64,000 bases of DNA from an uncultured Collinsella sp. (GCA_902475525.1 CABRZS010000006.1:44260-108259); one strand, 5' to 3'. Counted from the first letter of the stretch, positions 45,471 through 55,306 are shown. The notes: generated by a model not told the origin, from the letters alone. Numbers and translations are program-made.

Positions 45471-45661
45471 TACCCTTCTCCTTTATATCGAATGCCATAT
45501 AGATGCCTTGTTGCATTGTAACCGCGCGACGGGGTTAATCGGGTCTTGATAACGTCTTTACCGTCAACGGACACGAACCGACCACTCATCCGGCCGCGCA
45601 GGTCAGCATAGAAAAAGGAGCCGCCCCCATGGGAACAGCTCCTTAGATGCTTGGTAAAACG

Positions 45662-47074
45662 TTATACCTCGTCGTCCTCGTGCAGACGGCGGCGATAATC
45701 GGCGGCCCAGCCCTCAATGTTTACCTGACGGGCGCGGCCCAGGCCGAGTGCGTCGGCCGGGACCGGCTCGGTGATGACGGAGCCGGCGGCCACGAGCGCG
45801 CCGTCGCCAATCTGGGCGGGCGCGACCATCATGGTGTCGGAGCCAATGAAGGCATCCTTGCCGATGACGGTCTTGTGCTTGTGTACGCCGTCGTAGTTGC
45901 AGGTGATGGAGCCCGCGCCCACGTTGACGCCGGAGCCCATGGTGGTATCGCCGATGTAGGACAGGTGCGGCACCTTGGAGCCCTCGCCGATCGTGGACTT
46001 CTTGATCTCCACGTGCGTGCCGGCCTTGGATCCGTCGAGCATGTGGGTGCCCGGGCGCAGGTAGGCGCGCGGGCCGCAGTCGACGCCGTTCTCGATGACG
46101 GCCTCGATGGCGATGGTCTCGTCGATGACGCAGCCGCTGCCGACGGTGGTGTCGGTGAGGCGGCTGTTGGGACCGAGCTGGCACTCCTCGCCCACGGTGA
46201 CGTGGCCGATCAGGTGCGTCTGCGGCCACACGACGGTATCGCGGCCGATAACGGCATCGGGGCCGATCCAGGCCTGCGTGGGGTCGATGAAGGTAACGCC
46301 CTCGGCCATCCAGTGCTCGTTGATGCGGTCGCGCGCGATGGCGGTGAGCTGTGCGAGCTGGATGCGGCTGTTGACGCCCAGGCCGTCGCGGTAGTCGTCG
46401 CAGTGGAAGATGGAGACAGCCTGGCCGTGGCCTTTGAGGATCTCGAGCATGTCGGGCAGGTAGTACTCGGATTGCGCGTTGTCGTTGCCGATCTCGTTAA
46501 TGTGGGCGGCGAGCTGCGCGCCGTCAAAGGCGTAGCAGCCGGCGTTGCACTCCAGCAGTGTGGCGGCCTGCTCGGGCGTGCAGTCCTTCTGCTCGATGAT
46601 GCGCTCGATCTGACCATCGGCGCCCAGCTTGATGCGGCCGTATCCGAAAGGATCGGGCGGGGTCATGGTCATGACGGTGCAGGCGAGCTCGCCGGTGGCG
46701 ACGGTTTGCGCGAACTTGGCGACGGTGTCGGCGGTGATGAGCGGCAGGTCGCCGTTGAGCACGACGACGGGGCCTTGCGTGATGCCACAGGCCTCGAGCG
46801 CGACCTTCACGGCATGACCGGTGCCCAGGCGCTCGGTCTGCTCGACGCACTCGACCTTGGTGGCGCTGTTGGCGTAGGCGCCGTCGATGAGGGCGCGCAT
46901 CTCGTCGGCGTGGCTGCCGATGACGACCACGACGCGGCTGCAGCCGGCCTTGATGGTAGCGTCGACGATCCACTGGACCATGGGCTTACCCAGGATCTTG
47001 TGCGAAACCTTGCAGTGGTTCGACTTCATGCGGGTGCCCTCGCCGGCAGCGAGGATAATTGCGGTTGCGTCCAT
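45662..47074 (-). CDS. glmU: Bifunctional UDP-GlcNAc pyrophosphorylase/acetyltransferase
   Basis: ILAAGEGTRMKS, LGTGHAV, EYYLPD, HLSYIGD, NYDG. Confidence 0.97.
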   Translation of the reverse strand: MDATAIILAAGEGTRMKSNHCKVSHKILGKPMVQWIVDATIKAGCSRVVVVIGSHADEMRALIDGAYANSATKVECVEQTERLGTGHAVKVALEACGITQGPVVVLNGDLPLITADTVAKFAQTVATGELACTVMTMTPPDPFGYGRIKLGADGQIERIIEQKDCTPEQAATLLECNAGCYAFDGAQLAAHINEIGNDNAQSEYYLPDMLEILKGHGQAVSIFHCDDYRDGLGVNSRIQLAQLTAIARDRINEHWMAEGVTFIDPTQAWIGPDAVIGRDTVVWPQTHLIGHVTVGEECQLGPNSRLTDTTVGSGCVIDETIAIEAVIENGVDCGPRAYLRPGTHMLDGSKAGTHVEIKKSTIGEGSKVPHLSYIGDTTMGSGVNVGAGSITCNYDGVHKHKTVIGKDAFIGSDTMMVAPAQIGDGALVAAGSVITEPVPADALGLGRARQVNIEGWAADYRRRLHEDDEV

Positions 47075-47273
47075 GTGATCTCCTGTTACGTTATAGAGAC
47101 GTGTGTTTGGAAACGATACACGGCGCAATATGATACCGCAGGCATATGTTGAGCGCGTAGCGATTGGTTTGCGGCGGTTGAGGCTTGCGCCGCCGGCGTG
47201 GCGTTTGCGCTGCTTGCGTGCGGCGTTGGCGGTGCTGCGGAGCTGTCGTTTGAGCGAGGGGACGGGGGTGCCC

Positions 47274-48161
47274 GTGGACAACATACGAGAGGAGTTTGGC
47301 GGCGAGCCCGTCGCGGCATTCTCGATGTCGCATCCGGCTGTGCCGGCACTCTATATAGTGCTGACGCTGGGGCTCACTATGTTCTCGATGCAGCCGGTAC
47401 TGATTGCGCTGTCACTTGCGGGCGGGCTGGCGTATGGATTTGCGACGCGTGGGGCTGCCCGCACGCTGGGCGCGCTCCGCTGGCAGCTGCCGGTGATTTT
47501 GATCGTCGCGGTGCTCAATCCGCTGTTTAGCGCCTCGGGCTCGACGGAGCTGTTCCGTATTGGCATGCGCGCGGTGTATCTGGAGAGCATGGTATACGGC
47601 CTGTGCATGGGCGGGCTGTTTGTGGCGAGCGTGCTGTGGTTTGAGGCGGCGGCGTCGATGCTCGAATACGACAAGGTGCTCGCGCTGCTGGGCAATGCCG
47701 CACCGGTGATTGCGCTCATGATCTCGATGTGCATGAGGCTTATCCCGCAGTTTTTGCGCCGCGGTCGTACGGTGTTGGCGGTGCAGGATGCGATTGATGT
47801 GCCGGGCCGCGCGCCGGCCGACCCCGTGCGCTCGCGCTTGCGGGCGTCGAGCGTGTTGATGGGCTGGGGCATGGAAGATTCGCTGGAGCGTGCGGACGCG
47901 ATGCGCTCGCGCGGGTGGGGTGCCGCGACGCGTCGTACGACGTATGCGCGGTATCGACTGGGGTGCAGCGACGTTGCCGCGCTGGTCGGGCTCGCGCTGC
48001 TTGGTGCTGCCGCGGTGGCGGTGGCGTGGACCGCGACGACGCAGTATTCGTTTTACCCGCAGCTTTCGGTGCCGGCGCCGTGGCCTGGCTATATTGTGTA
48101 CGCGGCTTGGATGGTGTTGCCCTGTGTGCTGCACGCGATTGACGAGAAGAGGTTTGGCTGA
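47274..48161 (+). CDS. ECF transporter transmembrane (T) component
   Basis: MRLIPQF, ERADAMRSRG; start approximate (GTG). Confidence 0.85.
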   Translation: MDNIREEFGGEPVAAFSMSHPAVPALYIVLTLGLTMFSMQPVLIALSLAGGLAYGFATRGAARTLGALRWQLPVILIVAVLNPLFSASGSTELFRIGMRAVYLESMVYGLCMGGLFVASVLWFEAAASMLEYDKVLALLGNAAPVIALMISMCMRLIPQFLRRGRTVLAVQDAIDVPGRAPADPVRSRLRASSVLMGWGMEDSLERADAMRSRGWGAATRRTTYARYRLGCSDVAALVGLALLGAAAVAVAWTATTQYSFYPQLSVPAPWPGYIVYAAWMVLPCVLHAIDEKRFG

Positions 48162-49804
48162 TGACCCGGTTGGATAACTGCTCGGTAACGGGCGGGGCGT
48201 GCGGCTCCGATGTGCCTGCGATTGAGGTGCGGGGCCTGAGCTTTACCTACCCCGGGGCTGAGGCGCCGGTACTCGACGAGCTCGACTGGTCTGTTCCCCA
48301 AGGTGCGTTTGCACTGCTGGTTGGTGGTACTGGGTCGGGCAAATCGACGCTACTCTCGCTGCTCAAGCCCGAGATCGCTCCGGCGGGCGAGCGCACTGGT
48401 GATGCGCGCGTGCTGGGCGAGAACGTTGCCGACATGGACGTGCGGGCATCGGCGGAGCGCGTGGGCTATGTGTTCCAGGATCCCGAGAACCAGATCGTGT
48501 GCGAAACCGTGTGGCACGAGATGGCGTTTGGCCTGGAAAATCTGGGTATGTCGCGCGACGAGATGCGCCGTCGCGTAGCCGAGACCAGCTATTTCTTTGG
48601 GCTGGAGGATTGGCTCCACCGCGATACCGATACACTTTCGGGCGGACGCAAGCAGCTGCTGTCGTTGGCGGCCGTGCTGGCCTTGCGCCCGCGCGTGCTG
48701 CTGCTCGACGAGCCCACGTCCCAGCTCGATCCTGTTGCCGAGAAAAATTTTCTGCACGCGCTGTTTCGCGTGAACCGCGAGCTGGGTTGCACGGTTGTTG
48801 TGGCAACGCACCAGCCGCGCCCGATGCTCGAGTATGCGACGTGTGCGTACCGGATTGAGGGCGGTCGCGTGCGCGAGGTGGCGGATATGGCTTCTTTGGG
48901 ACGCCGAGAATCGCTGTTTTCCGATGACATGTTGGGGTGGGGTGCCATCCGATGTGCAAAAAACGGAGTATTCAGCAGGCGTGAGGGCAATTTGGGCTCT
49001 CTGGAGCCGCCCGGGGACGTATCGAGCGCGAAAAAAAGTTCGGAATTTGACAAATCGTCCGAATTTGTGGCGCAAACGTCGCTCGAGAACGGCTCGGAAG
49101 CCTTCCCGTGCACGGATGGGAGCAGAATACTCCAAAAAATGCACGGCGGGTCGGCTACCACCCTGGCAGGGAGCTGGTTTCGCTACGATCGCGCGGGCGG
49201 TTGGGTACTGCGCGGGCTCGACGTGGCGTTTTCGGCCGGTGCGGTGCATGCGGTCGTGGGCGGCAACGGATGCGGTAAGTCGACGATGCTCTCGGTGCTG
49301 GCGAAGACCGCCAAGCTGCAGCGCGGCCGCATGGTGCGCGGAGCGGCCTCGGCGGCGCTGCTGCCTCAGAACCCCAAAGCATTGCTGGTTGCCGAGACGG
49401 TTCACGATGAGCTGATGGAATGGGCCTCGACCTGCGGATATGACGAGAACTTGGCGCGGGAGCGTGCGGCGAGCTTGGGGCTGTCGGGTCTGGATGGGCG
49501 CCACCCCTACGATCTTTCGGGCGGGCAGCGTCAACTGCTTGCATTGGCAAAACTGCTGCTAATCGGCCCCGAACTGCTATTGCTCGATGAGCCCACCAAG
49601 GGTCTAGACCTGTTCAGCCGCCGCATCACCGCCCGCGCCCTGCGTGACCATGCGAAGGTTGGTGGCACCGTCATCATGGCCACGCACGATCTGGATTTTG
49701 CCGAGCAGGTTGCCGATGACGTTGCCATGATGTTTGACGGTGAGATTGCCTGCATGGAGCCGCCGGCCGACTTCTTTGCCGACAACGTGTTTTATAGGGC
49801 GTGA
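48161..49804 (+). CDS. ECF transporter double ATPase
   Basis: Two Walker A (GGTGSGKST, GGNGCGKST), LSGG signatures, LLDEPT twice. Confidence 0.9.
   Translation: MTRLDNCSVTGGACGSDVPAIEVRGLSFTYPGAEAPVLDELDWSVPQGAFALLVGGTGSGKSTLLSLLKPEIAPAGERTGDARVLGENVADMDVRASAERVGYVFQDPENQIVCETVWHEMAFGLENLGMSRDEMRRRVAETSYFFGLEDWLHRDTDTLSGGRKQLLSLAAVLALRPRVLLLDEPTSQLDPVAEKNFLHALFRVNRELGCTVVVATHQPRPMLEYATCAYRIEGGRVREVADMASLGRRESLFSDDMLGWGAIRCAKNGVFSRREGNLGSLEPPGDVSSAKKSSEFDKSSEFVAQTSLENGSEAFPCTDGSRILQKMHGGSATTLAGSWFRYDRAGGWVLRGLDVAFSAGAVHAVVGGNGCGKSTMLSVLAKTAKLQRGRMVRGAASAALLPQNPKALLVAETVHDELMEWASTCGYDENLARERAASLGLSGLDGRHPYDLSGGQRQLLALAKLLLIGPELLLLDEPTKGLDLFSRRITARALRDHAKVGGTVIMATHDLDFAEQVADDVAMMFDGEIACMEPPADFFADNVFYRA
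48949..49149. repeat. ~200-bp imperfect inverted-repeat element in frame within the ECF ATPase linker
   Basis: GTGCA-N6-GGAGTATTC .. GAATACTCC-N6-TGCAC ends, central TCGGA..TCCGA palindrome, atypical codons. Confidence 0.6.
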
Positions 49805-49808
49805 TGGG

Positions 49809-50522
49809 ATGGCGGATTATCGCATCGTGCGCCTACTCGCAAAACTGGAGATACCGCTGCTGCTGGCGGTGCCAGCCGTGATGGCTGCGGCGTTGCTGGC
49901 GGGCGTTGAGCAGGCGGCGCTCGCCATGCTTGTCGTGGTGGCGCTGGTGCTTGCGCTGTTCTTTGCAGGCTACGAGGCGTCGCGACCGGGCCTGCGCCAG
50001 ATTATGCCAACGCTGGTTCTGGCGGCGTTGGCCGCGGCGGGGCGCATCTTGTTTGGCCCCATTCCCGACTTTAAACCCGTGAGTGCCATCGCCATTATCG
50101 CGGGGGCGACGCTTGGCCGCCGCAATGGTTTTATGGTTGGCGCGCTGGCGGCGCTGACCAGCAATTTCTTTTTTGGACAGGGCATGTGGACGCCGTGGCA
50201 GATGTATGCCTGGGGGCTCGTGGGATACGTTGGCGGTGCGCTGGCGCATGCCGGCGCTTTTGATCGCGCCGATGGCACCGTGCGTATGCCGGCGCTGCTG
50301 ACCTACGGCTTTGCTTCGGGTTTGCTGTACGGCGTTGTGATCAACGCCTACGACATTATCGGTTTTGTTCAACCGCTCACGTGGGCGGGTGCCATGGCGC
50401 GTCTTGCCACCGCCGTACCGTTCGATATCACGCACGGCCTCGCGACCTGCGTGTTTTTGGTCGCCCTGTACAAGCCTTGGTGTCGCCGCATCAACCGAGT
50501 CGTCGTGAAGTACGGGCTGTAG
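49809..50522 (+). CDS. ECF S component, CbrT-like (probably cobalamin/corrinoid)
   Basis: PDFKPVSAI, GFMVGALAALTSNFFFGQGMWTPWQM. Confidence 0.75.
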   Translation: MADYRIVRLLAKLEIPLLLAVPAVMAAALLAGVEQAALAMLVVVALVLALFFAGYEASRPGLRQIMPTLVLAALAAAGRILFGPIPDFKPVSAIAIIAGATLGRRNGFMVGALAALTSNFFFGQGMWTPWQMYAWGLVGYVGGALAHAGAFDRADGTVRMPALLTYGFASGLLYGVVINAYDIIGFVQPLTWAGAMARLATAVPFDITHGLATCVFLVALYKPWCRRINRVVVKYGL

Positions 50523-50564
50523 GGCTGGTTGCGCCGGGGCGGGAATCAATACTGCCGAAGCGCC

Positions 50565-50726
50565 ATTTCAAAACTATGCCGGTTTACGGGGCCAGATTGG
50601 CACAAGCAGACCATGCCGGCTATTTTTGAAATAGAGCAAGCCGTTTACCTGCGGTTTTATTATTTCGGAATTGCGTATGGTTGGGGGTTCGCGATTCAGC
50701 CCCGTAAACCGGCATAGTTTTGAAAT
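50565..50726. repeat. 162-bp element with 28-bp perfect terminal inverted repeats
   Basis: ATTTCAAAACTATGCCGGTTTACGGGGC / GCCCCGTAAACCGGCATAGTTTTGAAAT. Confidence 0.9.
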
Positions 50727-50817
50727 AGCCGGCTGATACGACGGGCATCGTGGCCCTCAGAGAGCCAAATTGATCCGTTTTCTTTCGCCTCCAGACGTTC
50801 CCAGGGAATCAGCTGAA

Positions 50818-50991
50818 CCCGCCCGCCACGGAATCGGCCTATCTACTACGTTTGGCCCGACACCCCCAAACACAACCGCGTTTTATGAAAAACCGCAGGC
50901 TTTCTACCTGCGGTTTTCTTTTTGCGTTGTTCGCTGTGGTTGAGGGTAGTGGCTTAAACGTAGTAGATGGGCCAGTTTCGTGACAAGCGGG
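50818..50991. repeat. 174-bp element with ~41-bp imperfect terminal inverted repeats
   Basis: Core ATCTACTACGTTT / AAACGTAGTAGAT; central AAAACCGCAGG / CCTGCGGTTTT. Confidence 0.8.
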
Positions 50992-51057
50992 CCGCGTGGA
51001 TGCCCTCGCGAGGTGAAAATGATCCCTTTTCCTCCGTCCCCAGGGGATTAGTTGGGG

Positions 51058-51876
51058 CTAGAGCTCTAGCGTGAGGGTGACGGGGCAGTGGTCGCTGCCA
51101 TAGATGTCGCCGCGGATGCCGGTGTCGCGTACGTTGTCGGCGATTGTGTCGCTTACCAGGAAGTAGTCGATGCGCCAGCCTGCGTTGTTCTTGCGGGCAT
51201 TAAAGCGATAGCTCCACCAGCTGTAGACGCCCTCGACGTCGGGGTTTGCCGTGCGCCAGGTATCGGTAAACCCGGCGTTGAGCAGCTCGGTAAACTTGCC
51301 GCGCTCTTCGTCCGAAAAGCCGGCGTTGCCGCGGTTGGATTTGGGGTTCTTAAGGTCGATCTCCTCGTGCGCCACGTTAAAGTCGCCGCAGGTTACGACG
51401 GGCTTACCGGTCTCGCGTTCAAGCGCGCTCAAAAAGTCGCGATAGGCATCGTCCCAAGCCATGCGTACATCGATGCGCGCGAGCTCATTTTGGGCGTTAG
51501 GCGTGTAGACATCCACAAGCCAAAACTTGTCGAACTCGAGCGCGCAGACGCGGCCCTCGGTTGCGGCTTGGGCGACGAGCTCGGCCGCCTCGTTCTCGCC
51601 GGCGTAGGGTAGCAGTGCGTCGGCGTGCAGCACGCGCAGCGGTTTCTGGCGGCTAAAGACCGCAGTGCCCGAATAGCCTTTACGCTCGGCGTAGCTCCAG
51701 GTTTGGTGATAGCCGGGCAGGTCAATATCGACCTGGCCTTCTTGCAACTTGGTCTCTTGCAGCGCCAGGATATCGACGTCGAGTTCTTGCGCGATCTGGA
51801 TAAAGCTCGGGTCCTTTTTGAGCACGGCGCGCAGGCCGTTGACGTTCCACGAGGCGAAAGTGTAAGTCTGAGGCAT
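51058..51876 (-). CDS. xth: Exodeoxyribonuclease III / AP endonuclease
   Basis: SWNVNGLRA, LQETK, GDFNVAH, YSWWSYR, GWRIDY, SDHCP. Confidence 0.96.
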   Translation of the reverse strand: MPQTYTFASWNVNGLRAVLKKDPSFIQIAQELDVDILALQETKLQEGQVDIDLPGYHQTWSYAERKGYSGTAVFSRQKPLRVLHADALLPYAGENEAAELVAQAATEGRVCALEFDKFWLVDVYTPNAQNELARIDVRMAWDDAYRDFLSALERETGKPVVTCGDFNVAHEEIDLKNPKSNRGNAGFSDEERGKFTELLNAGFTDTWRTANPDVEGVYSWWSYRFNARKNNAGWRIDYFLVSDTIADNVRDTGIRGDIYGSDHCPVTLTLEL

Positions 51877-52011
51877 GGTGTCCTTTCGACGGGGTTGGCA
51901 GGCTTAAGATTAGCGCAACAGGGGCGGGGTGGGCTCCGCGCATGCTGACTTAAAGGTCGCATGCTGGGATATCGCCCGACGCCGCCCGATCAACAAGGAC
52001 GGAGGACTCAT

Positions 52012-52764
52012 ATGACGCAGGCAATATCGGACCCCAGGCAGGCGTCCGCCGCGCTGGCGGATCTGTTTGACACCCACAAGCGCGTGGTCTTCTTTGGCGG
52101 TGCGGGCGTCTCCACGGCAAGCGGCATTCCCGATTTCCGCAGCGTGGACGGTCTGTATCACCAACGGTTTTCCTATCCGCCCGAGACTATGCTCTCGCAC
52201 AGCTTCTACGAGGCGCATCCGGCCGAGTTCTTCGACTTCTACCGCACCAAGATGATTGCGCTTGGCGCCAAGCCCAACCGCTGCCACACCAAGCTGGCCG
52301 AGTTGGAGCGCGCCGGTAAGCTAAATGCCGTGGTGACGCAAAATATCGACGGCCTGCATCAGATGGCCGGCTCACAGCGCGTGTTCGAGCTGCACGGATC
52401 GGTCCATCGCAACATTTGCCGGTCGTGCGGCGCGGTCTATAGCGCCGAGTGGATTTGCTCGCGCGAGCACGAGGACGCCGCGGGCGTGCCCGTGTGCCCC
52501 GCGTGCGGTGGTCGCATCAAGCCCGATGTGGTGCTCTACGAAGAACCGCTCGACGAGCATGTGATGACCGGTGCCGTTGCCGCCATCGCCGCGGCCGATG
52601 CCCTCATTGTAGGCGGGACCTCGCTCGTGGTGTATCCGGCGGCGGGCCTTACACGCTACTTTACCGGCGATACGCTGGCCATATGCAACCTTGCTCCCAC
52701 CGATCAGGATGCAAATGCCGACCTGCTGATTTCTTGCGACATCGCGGCCGCGTTTGCGTTCTAG
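52012..52764 (+). CDS. cobB: Sir2/CobB NAD-dependent deacylase
   Basis: GAGVSTASGIPDFR, TQNIDGLH, ELHGS, CxxC..CxxC, GTSLVVYPAAG. Confidence 0.92.
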   Translation: MTQAISDPRQASAALADLFDTHKRVVFFGGAGVSTASGIPDFRSVDGLYHQRFSYPPETMLSHSFYEAHPAEFFDFYRTKMIALGAKPNRCHTKLAELERAGKLNAVVTQNIDGLHQMAGSQRVFELHGSVHRNICRSCGAVYSAEWICSREHEDAAGVPVCPACGGRIKPDVVLYEEPLDEHVMTGAVAAIAAADALIVGGTSLVVYPAAGLTRYFTGDTLAICNLAPTDQDANADLLISCDIAAAFAF

Positions 52765-52858
52765 CCCGCGTGCGCGGATACAATAGAAAGACTGATTGCA
52801 AAGCGACCACGCCGTCAGCGCCCGAGCGCGGCGGCGTGGGCATTTTAGGAGGATGTTC

Positions 52859-54604
52859 ATGGCGAACGACAGCAAGACATGGCGGTGCGGAAAGTACGAG
52901 CTCAGCTTTGACCGTCCGCGCATCATGGGCGTCCTCAACGTGACGCCCGATTCGTTTAGCGACGGCGGGGAGCACTTCGACCCGGATGCCGCCATCGAGT
53001 ACGGCCTGGCGATGCTCGACGCCGGCGCCGACATCATCGACGTGGGCGGCGAGTCCACGCGCCCCGGATTTACCCCGGTCAATCCCGATGAGGAGGCTCG
53101 CCGCGTGCTGCCCGTGGTGCGCGCGCTGGCCAAAGAGGGCGCCATCGTCTCGATCGACACGCGCCACGTGGCGGTTGCTAAGGCGGCCGTGCGCTGCGGC
53201 GCCTCGATCGTCAACGACGTGACGGGATTCACCGACCCCAAGATGGTCGAGTTTGTTAAGACGAGCACTTGCGGCGTTATCGTGATGCACGCCGGCGAGG
53301 TCGCCGCTCCCGCTCGTACGCACGCGACGGTGCAGCTCGATACCTCGGCCGCGGCGTTTGTTGCCGAGAAGGCGCGCGAGGCGGCTGCCGAGGCCGCGCG
53401 CGAGGCCGAGAAGCCCGCTCGTCGCCGCCGTGGCAAGCTGCTGGGCGACCCTAAGCCCGAGGCAAAGCTTCCGGGCGGCGTGGTGCAGCCCTCGTTGCCG
53501 TTTGGCGATCCGGAACCCGCGTCCGAGCCTACGGACGAACTGGGGCAGGAGACGCCGGGCGCCGAGCAGGCCGCGCCTGCCGCCGATACCGCTGCGCCCG
53601 AGGCCACGCCCGCGGCTACCGAAACCGCGCCGGAGCCCAATGATCACCTGGCGGCCATGATGCGCCGCAGCGCCCGCCGCGAGGAGGCCTACGTGCCCAC
53701 CTCTCAGCTCCGCCGCTTCACCCTGCCCGATTCGGCGCCCATCATGCGCCGCGTTATGGGCTTTCTGTCCGACCAGGCCCGCACGCTCATCCATGCCGGC
53801 GTGTCGCGCGACCGCATCTGCATCGATCCCGGCCCGGGCTTTGGCAAGACGGCCAACGAGGACATCGTCATCCAGCGCGAGACCGCCAAGATGGCGTCGC
53901 TGGGCTATCCGCTCATGTGCGCCGTGTCGCGCAAGCGTTTTGTGGGCGCCGTCTCGGGCGTGACCGAGGCCGCCGCACGCGATGCCGCCACGTTTGGCGT
54001 GTGCCTGGGCGCTATCCAGGCCGGTGCCAACATCGTGCGCGTGCACGACGTTACCGGCTTTGCGCAGTTCCTGAACGGTTACTGGGCTGTCGCCAAGCCG
54101 CAGCCGCGCCGTGCGTTTGTGGCCGTGGGCTCCAACCTGGGGCATCGTTGCGACAACATCCGCGCCGCACGCGACATGATCGCCGAGATTCCGCTCACCT
54201 GCGTGTCCAACTGCTCGCGCATCTACGAGAGCGAGCCGGCCTATGAGACGCGCCAGGACGCGTTTGCCAACGCCGTCATCGAGATCAAGACCGAGTTGGC
54301 GCCGTTGGTGCTGCTCGACGAGCTTATGAAGATCGAGGCCGAGCTGGGGCGCGACCGCTCCAAGAAGGCCAAGGTCAACGGCCCGCGCACTATCGATCTG
54401 GACCTGCTGTGGATGGACGGCGAGACCCACGGCGGCAAAAAGCTGCGCCTGCCGCATCCGCTCATTGGCGAGCGCGACTTTGTGCTGGTGCCGCTCGAGG
54501 ACCTGATGCACGACCCGGCGCGGTTCTTCCGCTACAACGGCGTCGAGGTCAAGGAGCCCGAGGATCGCGTGGGCCATATCGTGGGCGAATTGGGGCGTAT
54601 GTAG
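52859..54604 (+). CDS. folP-folK: Fused dihydropteroate synthase (N-terminal) and HPPK (C-terminal) with a long low-complexity insert
   Basis: DHPS: NVTPDSFSDGG, GGESTRPG, DPGPGFGK, SRKRF, VRVHDV; HPPK: VGSNLG, GPRTIDLDLL, LPHP..RDFVLVPL. Confidence 0.93.
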   Translation: MANDSKTWRCGKYELSFDRPRIMGVLNVTPDSFSDGGEHFDPDAAIEYGLAMLDAGADIIDVGGESTRPGFTPVNPDEEARRVLPVVRALAKEGAIVSIDTRHVAVAKAAVRCGASIVNDVTGFTDPKMVEFVKTSTCGVIVMHAGEVAAPARTHATVQLDTSAAAFVAEKAREAAAEAAREAEKPARRRRGKLLGDPKPEAKLPGGVVQPSLPFGDPEPASEPTDELGQETPGAEQAAPAADTAAPEATPAATETAPEPNDHLAAMMRRSARREEAYVPTSQLRRFTLPDSAPIMRRVMGFLSDQARTLIHAGVSRDRICIDPGPGFGKTANEDIVIQRETAKMASLGYPLMCAVSRKRFVGAVSGVTEAAARDAATFGVCLGAIQAGANIVRVHDVTGFAQFLNGYWAVAKPQPRRAFVAVGSNLGHRCDNIRAARDMIAEIPLTCVSNCSRIYESEPAYETRQDAFANAVIEIKTELAPLVLLDELMKIEAELGRDRSKKAKVNGPRTIDLDLLWMDGETHGGKKLRLPHPLIGERDFVLVPLEDLMHDPARFFRYNGVEVKEPEDRVGHIVGELGRM

Positions 54605-55306
54605 ATGATTGAGATGAATGCCGTAGCTGTCGGTACCGAGCTCGACACCGCGCGCGACGCTGGTCGCGAGGGTGCGTCTGCGGGCTGGTGTGCTTGGAGC
54701 GCGGGCGAGACGTCGTTGACGTTTTCGCTGGTTGTGCGCCCCGATGTGAATATGCATGCCTTCCACGGCCTGCCGTTTGTGGTCGCAATGGGCATGATGG
54801 ACGCGCTCGTGGGCACGGCTTCGACGCCGGGGTTGGGCCTTGCCGGTAAAGTTGGTATCCAGTGGCCGAGCGATATCGTGTGCGGTGCGCCTGCGTTTGA
54901 GACGTCGCTCGCGCGTGTTGCCGTGAACGGCGGCGCCGGTGCTGCGGGCATGTTTGCCGCGGTGACGGTTGATATTGAGCGTGCGGCGCTGGGTGAGCTT
55001 GGCGTGGATATGGCAGATGAGGCGCTGATCGAGGCATTGGCCGCCGCCGTGCTGGTCCGCGTGGACACCTGGGCGGTTGTTGCTAACACGCCGCAGGGCG
55101 CTGCCGGTCCGCTGGCTCCCGTGCTGGGCGAGTACTTCGATATGGTGCCACTGCTGGGTCGTCAGGTCGCGGCGGTGTCGCCCAGCGGCTTGCCGCTTGC
55201 GGTCGGTGTGTTTGCGGGCCTGGACATCTGGGGCCGCGCGACCATCAAGACCGATGCCGGCGAGCAGGAGTTTCCGCCCGAGGCCGTACGGATTCGCGGA
55301 CTGTAA
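54605..55306 (+). CDS. Degenerate biotin-protein-ligase (BirA)-like protein
   Basis: LTFSLVVRP, IQWPSDIV (for KWPND), C-terminal GLDIWGRATI; GRGR and catalytic Lys motifs not seen. Confidence 0.65.
   Translation: MIEMNAVAVGTELDTARDAGREGASAGWCAWSAGETSLTFSLVVRPDVNMHAFHGLPFVVAMGMMDALVGTASTPGLGLAGKVGIQWPSDIVCGAPAFETSLARVAVNGGAGAAGMFAAVTVDIERAALGELGVDMADEALIEALAAAVLVRVDTWAVVANTPQGAAGPLAPVLGEYFDMVPLLGRQVAAVSPSGLPLAVGVFAGLDIWGRATIKTDAGEQEFPPEAVRIRGL

Noticed and set aside
52012..52764. Sir2 as an anti-phage effector paired with the nearby AAA ATPase
   Set aside because: Canonical short CobB-type sirtuin with a Zn ribbon in a housekeeping operon, three genes away from the ATPase
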